Shown: positions 49,416 through 64,000 of the stretch, piece after piece
Layout: every line of letters begins with the position of its first letter
Numbering within the stretch: position 1 is the first letter of the stretch
Assembly (NCBI GenBank): GCA_900541855.1
Contig: UQLD01000001.1
Span: forward strand, 38,052 to 102,051
Length of the DNA: 64,000 bases
Source: an uncultured Collinsella sp.
GTDB taxonomy: Bacteria > Actinomycetota > Coriobacteriia > Coriobacteriales > Coriobacteriaceae
Direction: 5' to 3'
Program-made: the position numbers and the translations under genes
The notes under the pieces: model-generated
Database searches by the model: none
The model's input: the letters and a program-made list of their open reading frames with translations, nothing else
Told to the model about the DNA's origin: nothing

Positions 49416-49442
49416 TGGAAGGACGGTTAACGTACTTGGAAA

Positions 49443-57416
<7,974 letters not shown>

Positions 57417-57647
57417 CAGGTTTTTCCTCCTTCACGGAAATGCTCGGTGGGTTGGCGAGGCATAGCTTCGCCAGTTATCGCAACCTAATAGTTTATCAGG
57501 TACCGACCGTTGGGCAAGAAAAGCCTTGACGCGATTGAGTTTTTGGAGTAGCAAAGTTTTTCGACAGAAAACACGCAGGTAGATGTATGTGTATCGAACA
57601 CCTGTTCATATATTTTCTGTGAACAGAGAGTCGACAATCGCAGCTCT

Positions 57648-57682
57648 TATAAAAAACGGGCGCGAACCGAGGTCCGCGCCCG
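57648..57682 (-). terminator. Intrinsic terminator after galU (CGGGCGCGGACC-TCG-GTTCGCGCCCG + TTTTTT on the minus strand)
   Basis: 11-bp stem with 1 mismatch plus T-run. Confidence 0.7.
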
Positions 57683-57704
57683 GAAATGTCGATGCCCGAA
57701 AGGC

Positions 57705-58613
57705 TTACTTGCGCATCAAGCCGCCGCGCTCGTCAATGGCATCCCAGAAGGCGCTTGCAAAGCGAGGGTCGCTTGCAGCCATGAGGGCGTTGGTGGCCAT
57801 CCAGCCAGAAGGCGTGCCGGTGTCGTAGCCCGACAGCGGGTCGATGACGACAGCGTACATGGCCTCGCGATCGAGCGAACGGGCCATGGCGTCGGTCAGC
57901 TGAATCTCGCCGCCCTTACCGGCCTGCTGGTCGGCCAGTAGATCCATAACCAGCGGGCTCAGCAGGTAGCGACCGACAATGTACAGGTTGGACGGAGCCG
58001 CCTCGGGGGCAGGCTTCTCCACCAGACCGCCGATGCGCCAAACGGCACCGGGCTCAGCGTCGGCAGCATTCTCGAAGCCCTCGAGAGAGCCCACGCGATC
58101 GCCGGCGATAACGCCGTAGCGGCTGACCTCCTCGGGAGCGCACGCGGCAACGGCGATAACAGATGCGCCACCATGCTCCTTGGAGACGGCAAGCATCTTG
58201 TCGCAGATGTCACGGTTGGGCACAACGTAATCGCCCAGAAGAACCAGGAAGTTCTCCCCTGCCACGGCGTCGGCGGCAGAGCGAATGGCGTGACCGAGGC
58301 CCTTGGGCTCGTACTGATAACGGAAGTCGACCGGCATACCACCCGCATGGGCGACGGCATCGGCGTAGGCGTCCTTGCCGCGCTCGCGAAGCAGGTTCTC
58401 GAGCGAGCGATCGGGCTGGAAGTAGCTCAGCAGCTCAGGCTTGCCGGGCGAGGTAACGATGATGGCGTCGTCGACCTCCTCGGGGTCGAGTGCCTCCTCA
58501 ACGACGTACTGGATGACCGGCTTGTCGAGCACCGGCAGCATCTCTTTGGGCGTGCACTTGGTGCCAGGCAGAAAACGCGTGCCAAGACCGGCGGCGGGGA
58601 TGATTGCCTTCAT
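57705..58613 (-). CDS. galU: UTP--glucose-1-phosphate uridylyltransferase
   Basis: MKAIIPAAGLGTRFLPGTKCTPKEMLPVLDKPVIQYVVEEA nucleotidyltransferase motif. The track ORF begins 27 codons earlier. Confidence 0.85.
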   Translation of the reverse strand: MKAIIPAAGLGTRFLPGTKCTPKEMLPVLDKPVIQYVVEEALDPEEVDDAIIVTSPGKPELLSYFQPDRSLENLLRERGKDAYADAVAHAGGMPVDFRYQYEPKGLGHAIRSAADAVAGENFLVLLGDYVVPNRDICDKMLAVSKEHGGASVIAVAACAPEEVSRYGVIAGDRVGSLEGFENAADAEPGAVWRIGGLVEKPAPEAAPSNLYIVGRYLLSPLVMDLLADQQAGKGGEIQLTDAMARSLDREAMYAVVIDPLSGYDTGTPSGWMATNALMAASDPRFASAFWDAIDERGGLMRK

Positions 58614-58863
58614 GTTATTCAAGGATCCTTTCGCAGGCGCAGGATGCGCCCTGTGCGTGCGGCACGGCGGCCGCAGACCAAATTGCGATACCAAAGTATC
58701 TTACCGCCGTGACCAGGCGCTACCGCTAGGCAAACGCCATTCTTCAGCAGGTCAACGCAAATTATTGCTCGAATGGTGCAATTTTATCGCCCAACGGTAG
58801 CGACCCCAAAGCACCGCAAGCGGCAGCAATTTGCATGCCGAGCCAGCAAAATAGAGTGGTCAT

Positions 58864-58900
58864 AACAAAAAAGACGGGGCTCGCAATGCGAACCCCGTCT
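58864..58900 (-). terminator. Intrinsic terminator after rplL (GACGGGGTTCGCATTGCGAGCCCCGTC + TTTTTT on the minus strand)
   Basis: Long GC-rich hairpin plus T-run immediately downstream of the rplL stop. Confidence 0.75.
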
Positions 58901-58927
58901 GCAAAGAAATCTGGCGAGAAAGCCTGA

Positions 58928-59304
58928 TTACTTGAGGGTGACAGCAGCGCCAGCAGCCTCGAGCTTCTCCTTGGCAGCCTCGGCGTCCTCCTTCTTGGCA
59001 CCCTCGAGAACAGCCTTGGGAGCGCCCTCGACGACCTCCTTGGCCTCCTTCAGGCCAAGGTTGGTGAGCTCACGGACGGCCTTGATGACCTGGATCTTGT
59101 TGTCGCCGAAGCCCTCGAGCACGACGTCAAACTCGGTCTTCTCCTCGGCCTCAGCAGCGCCAGCAGCGGGAGCGGCGACAACAGCGGCAGGAGCAGCGGC
59201 GGAAACGCCGAAGGTGTCCTCGATAGCCTTAACGAGCTCGGAAGCCTCGAGAAGGGTCATTTCCTTAAGAGCATCGATGATCTCATCGGTGGTAAGCTTA
59301 GCCA
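58928..59304 (-). CDS. rplL: 50S ribosomal protein L7/L12
   Basis: [34 protein letters not shown]... Ala-rich hinge. RBS AAAGGA before ATG 59304. Confidence 0.95.
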
Positions 59305-59407
59305 TTTCTAAGTCCTTTCGGTTTCCGTGCGGATGCACGGAGATCAGTTAAAACACGGCGCGAATGCGCCAGGGGTGCGGCGTTGCCGCCGCGGGTGAAA
59401 ACAGCGA

Positions 59408-59929
59408 CTAAGCTGCCTTCTGCTCGGAGACCTGCTGGATCGAACGAGCGAGACCAGAGGAAACGCCGTTGACGCAGACAGCGATGTCGCGAGCGAAACC
59501 AGAGATGAGACCGGCAATCTGGCCGAGAAGCTGATCCTTGGTGGGCAGCTCGGCGATAGCCTTAACATCATCAGCGGAAACGGCCTTGCCGTCGGAGATA
59601 CCGCCCTTGATCTCAAGGACGCCCTTGGACTTAGCGGAGAAGTCCTTAAGGGTCTTAGCGGCCTCAACCGGCTCGGTCTCGTAGAACACATAAGCGACGG
59701 GGCCGGCGAGGATCTCGTCGAGCTCGGGCTGCTCCTGGTTCTTGAGAGCGATCTTGACCAGGTTGTTCTTGTAGACCTTCATCTCGGCGCCGCACTCGCG
59801 AAGCTGATGACGCAGCTCCTGAGCCTGCTTAACCGTCAGACCGTTGTAGTTGACGACGAACAGACCGGCGTTCTCGGCGATACGGGACTCGATCTCTGCA
59901 ACCTTGTCGATTTTGTACTGCTGGGGCAT
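59408..59929 (-). CDS. rplJ: 50S ribosomal protein L10
   Basis: MPQQYKIDKVAEIESRIAENAGLFVVNYNGLTVKQAQELR... Confidence 0.9.
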   Translation of the reverse strand: MPQQYKIDKVAEIESRIAENAGLFVVNYNGLTVKQAQELRHQLRECGAEMKVYKNNLVKIALKNQEQPELDEILAGPVAYVFYETEPVEAAKTLKDFSAKSKGVLEIKGGISDGKAVSADDVKAIAELPTKDQLLGQIAGLISGFARDIAVCVNGVSSGLARSIQQVSEQKAA

Positions 59930-60211
59930 GAATTACACCTCCTCGAATTCTTTCCGGGCACGGTCCGCCACAAGGACGTGACGGGGGCATGTCCAAAAAG
60001 AAAGCCCCCGCGCTGCATGAGCGACGGGGGCGAGAAGACATATCTACTCGACCACCTCGGCTGGCGGGATATCCCATTAAGCTCGCGGGCGATGCCCGTT
60101 TGCACCGGCTGTCTCTGGCAGCGGATTCGTGCGTGAACCGAAAGTATTATGGCGGGGACCCCGGCGGCGGTCAACGGGCGCGAGGATTCGTACACAAACC
60201 CTGCATACGCT
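59930..60211 (-). promoter_or_regulatory. rplJ 5' leader (expected position of an L10-leader-type autoregulatory RNA); rplK/rplA are not upstream
   Basis: ~500-nt untranslated region upstream of rplJ. The L10 leader is a known cis-regulatory element in many bacteria, but its structure is not verified here. Confidence 0.3.
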
Positions 60212-60335
60212 CCGGCCGGGAGGGGCAGGGCGAGTTTTCCGCTCGGTCAAGTCCTGGGCTCGCACGAAGGCCACATTAAGTGGCCTTCGGCTCGTGCGGA
60301 ATCTACGGAAAACTCGCCCTGCCCCTCCCGGCCGG
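60212..60335. repeat. Nested perfect-palindrome element, copy 4 (diverged family member): 30-bp perfect arms (CCGGCCGGGAGGGGCAGGGCGAGTTTTCCG) around a variant core with compensatory changes
   Basis: Arms 60212-60241 / 60306-60335 are exact reverse complements. The core keeps AGTCCTG, CACATTAAGTG and GTGCGGAA. The inner stem GGAAAGCAC/GTGCTTTCC is replaced by GAAGGCCAC/GTGGCCTTC. Confidence 0.8.
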
Positions 60336-60433
60336 AGCTACGTTGCCTTTGTTGCGAATCCTCGTGTCCGTTGAGCGACGCACCCCACGCATAACCCTTA
60401 TGTCGGTGGGCTGATGTGTTGCATCCCTAAGGA

Positions 60434-61570
60434 CTACAAGGTCGAAACGAAGGTTGACAGGCGGTGGAGGCCTTCGTCTAGATCTTTGTCGGAGACGCAG
60501 TAGCTTAGGCGGATGTGGCCTTCGGTGCCGAAGCAGTCTCCCGGGACTAGGGCTACGTTTGCCTCTTTGATGGCTTTGATGCAGAAGGCTTCGCTGGTTA
60601 GGCCGAATTGTTTGATGCTGGGGAAGGCGTAGAAGGCGCCGGCTGGTTCCACTACGTCTAGGCTCATGTTATTAAGGGATGCGAGTACGCGTTCGCGGCG
60701 GGCTTGGTAGACTTTGAGCATGGGGGTTGGGTCGACGGTCAGGGCTCGGGCTGCGGCGTCCATCTCGAAGGAAACGGCGCTCGATACTAGGTATTGGTGC
60801 GCCTTTGCGATCTCGGCGATGACGGGGGCTGCCGCTGCGAGCCAGCCCAAGCGCCAGCCGGTCATGGCCCAGGGCTTGGAGAAGCTCTCGATAACTACCG
60901 TCTGATCGCGAAGCTCCGGGTGGCGCTGGGCAAAGCGCTCATAGCCATCCACATAGACCAGACGGTTGTACACGTCGTCGCAGACCACGTAGATGCCCGC
61001 CCGCTTCGCCACGCGCGCCACGGCGTCGAGCGATGCCGCGTTGAGGATGCAGCCCGTGGGATTGTTGGGCGAGCAGATGACGATGGCCTTGGTCGCCGGT
61101 GTCACGCAAGCACGAAGTGCGTCTTCATCAATCTGGAATTGCGCAGGCTCCGTATCCAAAAAGACCGCTTTGGCGTGGTTGGCCACGACGATGCTCTCGT
61201 ACAGGCCAAAGGCTGGCGTGGGGATAATGACCTCGTCGCCGGGGTTGAGCATAGCCATGAATGTTGCCGACAGGGCCTCGGTCGCGCCGTCGGTCAGGAT
61301 TACCTCGTCGGCCGAAAACGTAAGACCCGCGTCCCCCATGTAGGCAGACAGCGCCTCGCGCAGGGCAGGACGGCCGTTGTTGGGCGGATAGTGCGTGTCG
61401 CCGCGGCCCAGCGCGGCGGTCACCTCGGCGCAAATCACATCGGGTGTAGGAAAATCGGGCTCGCCGAGCGCGAGCGCAATGCATCCTGGGTGCTGGGCAG
61501 CGAGCGCGTTAATCCGACGGATGCCGGAGGGCTTGAGCGTGGCAAGCGAGGTATTCATGGGCAGGCGCAT
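60434..61570 (-). CDS. pyridoxal-phosphate-dependent aminotransferase (class I/II, aspartate aminotransferase-like)
   Basis: 378 aa. SFSKPWAMTGWRLGW (PLP-binding Lys), NNPTG motif. Confidence 0.85.
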   Translation of the reverse strand: MRLPMNTSLATLKPSGIRRINALAAQHPGCIALALGEPDFPTPDVICAEVTAALGRGDTHYPPNNGRPALREALSAYMGDAGLTFSADEVILTDGATEALSATFMAMLNPGDEVIIPTPAFGLYESIVVANHAKAVFLDTEPAQFQIDEDALRACVTPATKAIVICSPNNPTGCILNAASLDAVARVAKRAGIYVVCDDVYNRLVYVDGYERFAQRHPELRDQTVVIESFSKPWAMTGWRLGWLAAAAPVIAEIAKAHQYLVSSAVSFEMDAAARALTVDPTPMLKVYQARRERVLASLNNMSLDVVEPAGAFYAFPSIKQFGLTSEAFCIKAIKEANVALVPGDCFGTEGHIRLSYCVSDKDLDEGLHRLSTFVSTL

Positions 61571-61663
61571 GGCGTTCCTTTCGTAAGGGTTGCACTAGGA
61601 TAGCGCGGCGAGGCGCTGCCAGACGGTGTAACCTAAACGGAAACCAACCGGAAAGGAGGCGGC

Positions 61664-62323
61664 ATGGAGACGACCGCGCGCGGGGATGTACCAAAAACGC
61701 TGCAAACCATTGCATATATCAACATTCCCGATAGCGCCGATCTTGAGTTTTTGCTCTGGGACCTCCAGGATGCCATCGCCGCCTATGCACAGCTTTCCGG
61801 CACCGCGCTCCCCCGCCCGGTCGATTTGGAGGCGGATGATGCCGGTGCAGTCGATGGCATGGTGCTCGCTGTTGATGATGCATTTGACGATGAGGCGATG
61901 ATCGCTGTCGAGCAGATACTCGATCCCCTTAGGAATACAGAGACACGCATCTATGTCGTCGTCCAGGCCCTGTCAAAAAACAACAAGCAAGCGGACGAAG
62001 TCCTCGACCGCCTGTACCGGGCATGTCTTCTACGTGACCTGCCATGGTGCGACGGCGTTGTCATCTGTGCCGGCAGCGGCATTGCAGCGCTTCGCCATTC
62101 CCCACGCATGGGCCTCTTGCGCCGACCATTTTCGGAAGCGACGGATAAGCTCGTGGGCGCCGTGCGCATGGGCTGCTCCGTTGAGCATGCGCAGCTGCTT
62201 GGCGGTGGCAATGCCGGTAGCGTCGATGCCGACGGCATGGTGCGCGCCAAGCCCGCGCTGCCCGCACCGATCTGGCATGCCATCATGAAACGCCTCAGCA
62301 CCCATGCTCAATCAAGGATCTAG
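61664..62323 (+). CDS. hypothetical protein (219 aa)
   Basis: Strong RBS GGAAAGGAGG before ATG 61664. No family recognised. Confidence 0.5.
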   Translation: METTARGDVPKTLQTIAYINIPDSADLEFLLWDLQDAIAAYAQLSGTALPRPVDLEADDAGAVDGMVLAVDDAFDDEAMIAVEQILDPLRNTETRIYVVVQALSKNNKQADEVLDRLYRACLLRDLPWCDGVVICAGSGIAALRHSPRMGLLRRPFSEATDKLVGAVRMGCSVEHAQLLGGGNAGSVDADGMVRAKPALPAPIWHAIMKRLSTHAQSRI

Positions 62324-62324
62324 A

Positions 62325-62888
62325 CTACCGTGCGGTCCAGTCAACTGCCTCGCACCAGCGCTCGACAAGACGCTCCAGACGCCAAGCCGCGTTAGCGGGA
62401 CTAGTTGACGGCAATACGACTGCGGACAGACCCGTCCGCTCCTGTAGATAGCGCTTGTAGAGCCGGCCAGCTGTACCACCGTTGCATATCACCTGCTCAA
62501 TGGGAGCTGCGCCGGTAATGCGCTCGATATGTGCCGGCACAACGTTGCGAATGCTCGCGTCGCTCGAGCCCTTAATGTCGCAGCTCTCAATCACATCCCA
62601 CAGGGCCACGCCGCCGTTAAGCAGCATGGATCGCTTGGCAGCAATCGAGGCGTCGAGCGTCGCGGGCTCACCGCTTGCCAAAGAATCGCCCTCGTTAGGC
62701 GGCACAGGCACACTGAGGCACGCGGCCATCACGCGCCAAAAGCGATTCTGAGGGTTGCCGTAATAAAAGGCATTAGCGCGCGAAAGCACCGAAGGAAACG
62801 ACCCGAGCACCAAAACGCGCGAGTGCTGGTCGAACACGGGCTCAAACCCATGCTCAATATGTTGATAGCCCTCGTCGGACACAGCCAT
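62325..62888 (-). CDS. uracil-DNA glycosylase superfamily protein (MUG/DNA-deoxyinosine glycosylase-like)
   Basis: VLVLGSFPS...GNPQNRFW motif characteristic of the family 2/6-like UDG fold. Confidence 0.7.
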   Translation of the reverse strand: MAVSDEGYQHIEHGFEPVFDQHSRVLVLGSFPSVLSRANAFYYGNPQNRFWRVMAACLSVPVPPNEGDSLASGEPATLDASIAAKRSMLLNGGVALWDVIESCDIKGSSDASIRNVVPAHIERITGAAPIEQVICNGGTAGRLYKRYLQERTGLSAVVLPSTSPANAAWRLERLVERWCEAVDWTAR

Positions 62889-62891
62889 GGC

Positions 62892-64000
62892 CTAGGCCCT
62901 CAACAGATAGCGCACCTCGTAGGGCGCAAGCTCAAGGGAGCCAGTCAGCTCGACCGTGGGCACGCCGTCGGCAAGCAGATCGACAAAGGAGCCGTTGAGC
63001 TCGCCGGCGCCAAAGGTGTAAGGCTCGTCTACGGCATTCACCGCCACGAGTACCGTCGCGTCGTCGCAGGCGCGCTCGAACAGCAGCTGCTTGTTCTGGA
63101 TCACCACGTTGCGATAGGCACCGTAGTTGAGAGCACGGGCCGCCGCGTCGTCGGCCGAGCGCAGGTGCGTGAGCTGCTTGATGAAGGCCGTCAGCTCGTT
63201 GGGCGCAGGCTCATCGAGCGCAGGTCGCAGCGCCCAGTCGCCATCGGGGCCGCCCTTTTCGCCGGCAATTCCCCACTCGCTGCCATAGTAGATGCATGGG
63301 ATGCCCGGCATGCCAAAGAGCATGCCATAAGCGGGGCGCAGGCACGACTTGTCGGTGAGGATGCTTGCCAGGCGCGGCACGTCGTGGTTGTCGACAAACG
63401 ACAGCAGGTGCTTGCCGCGGTAGATGCACCAGGGGTCGCCGCCAAACTGACGGTGCAGCGAATGCGCGATCTCGAACATATTGACCGAGTTAAAGCTGGA
63501 GTACAGGCCCTTGTAGCACTCGTAGTTGGTGCAGGAGTCGAGCATCTCGTCGTTGACGATCTGGTTGTAGTCGCCGTGGAGCGTCTCGCCGATCAGCACG
63601 AAGTCAGGCTTGAGCTCACGGGTAAAGGAGTGTAGGCGGCGCATAAAGTCGCGGTCGAGCATATAGGCAACGTCCAGGCGCAGACCGTCGACGCCAAAGA
63701 CGTCGGCCCAACGGCGCACGGACTCAAGCAGGTAATCGACCACAGCGGGATTTTGCAGGTTGAGTTTCACGAGCTCAAAATGGCCTTCCCAGCCCTCGTA
63801 CCAAAAGCCGTCGCCATAGCAGGAGTCGCCGTCAAAGCTAATGTGGAACCAGTCCTTGTAGGGCGAATCCCACTTGCGCTCCTGCACATCGCGGAAGGCC
63901 CAAAAGCCACGGCCCACATGGTTGAAGACCGCATCGAACACCACGCGGATGCCATGGGCGTGCAGTGTCTCGCATACGGCGGCAAAATCGGCATCCCCAC
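62892..64000 (-). CDS. glycoside hydrolase family 13 (alpha-amylase family) protein; 5' end beyond window
   Basis: Region I LHAHGIRVVFDAVFNHVG continues in-frame to the window edge. GLRLDVAYML (region II), IGETLH, FVDNHD (region IV). Confidence 0.8.
   Translation of the reverse strand, partial: GDADFAAVCETLHAHGIRVVFDAVFNHVGRGFWAFRDVQERKWDSPYKDWFHISFDGDSCYGDGFWYEGWEGHFELVKLNLQNPAVVDYLLESVRRWADVFGVDGLRLDVAYMLDRDFMRRLHSFTRELKPDFVLIGETLHGDYNQIVNDEMLDSCTNYECYKGLYSSFNSVNMFEIAHSLHRQFGGDPWCIYRGKHLLSFVDNHDVPRLASILTDKSCLRPAYGMLFGMPGIPCIYYGSEWGIAGEKGGPDGDWALRPALDEPAPNELTAFIKQLTHLRSADDAAARALNYGAYRNVVIQNKQLLFERACDDATVLVAVNAVDEPYTFGAGELNGSFVDLLADGVPTVELTGSLELAPYEVRYLLRA

Overview
High-GC bacterial chromosomal segment. 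Gene content and order suggest a Coriobacteriia-like anaerobe (Actinomycetota); this is an inference with no database check. Almost all real genes are on the minus strand. Nearly every long plus-strand ORF in the track is an Ala/Arg/Gly-rich antisense artefact of high GC.

Content in order:

(1) 1-20.3 kb: a selenium-dependent molybdenum hydroxylase (SDMH) purine-catabolism cluster. It holds a YgeY-like M20 hydrolase, diaminopropionate ammonia-lyase, Mo-hydroxylase, ferredoxin, YgfK, SsnA, an NCS2 permease, RidA and two YheO-like regulators. The cluster is interrupted at 3.3-9.3 kb by an accessory, partly decayed island. The island carries a 4x 33-bp exactly phased iteron-like array, a small orphan ORF, an orphan DnaQ-like exonuclease, an N-terminally truncated AAA+/DUF4143 ATPase beside a 4x 23-bp phased repeat array, and an AbiEi-like gene bracketed by two 62-bp tandem-repeat arrays plus ~36-bp direct repeats.

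(2) 20.5-25.5 kb: U32 peptidase, RluA-family pseudouridine synthase, a DeoR regulator and a Gfo/Idh/MocA oxidoreductase.

(3) 25.9-60 kb: the ribosomal str/S10/rif supercluster on the minus strand (rplJ, rplL, rpoB, rpoC, rpsL, rpsG, fusA, rpsJ ... rplC through rplX). It has unusual interruptions. galU forms its own terminator-bounded unit between rplL and rpoB. No tuf follows fusA. A complete Streptococcus-type fab/acc operon, divergent birA, a PTS EIIC, a CDF transporter and a histidine phosphatase are inserted between rpsJ and rplC. The S10 operon ends at rplX with an intrinsic terminator.

(4) 60.4-64 kb: an aminotransferase, a hypothetical protein, a MUG-like UDG and a partial GH13 enzyme.

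The most unusual feature is a family of four ~120-135 bp nested perfect palindromes. Each has a conserved ~60-bp imperfect-hairpin core flanked by copy-specific, perfectly Watson-Crick complementary arms of 24-35 bp. Three sit in leaders of ribosomal-protein operons (rplC, rpsL, rplJ) and one inside the SDMH operon. I could not place them in any described element class from memory.

Also notable are a beta' C-terminal extension that looks like the RNAP alpha-CTD (HhH) plus an acidic tail, and a Cys4 zinc-ribbon variant of L24.
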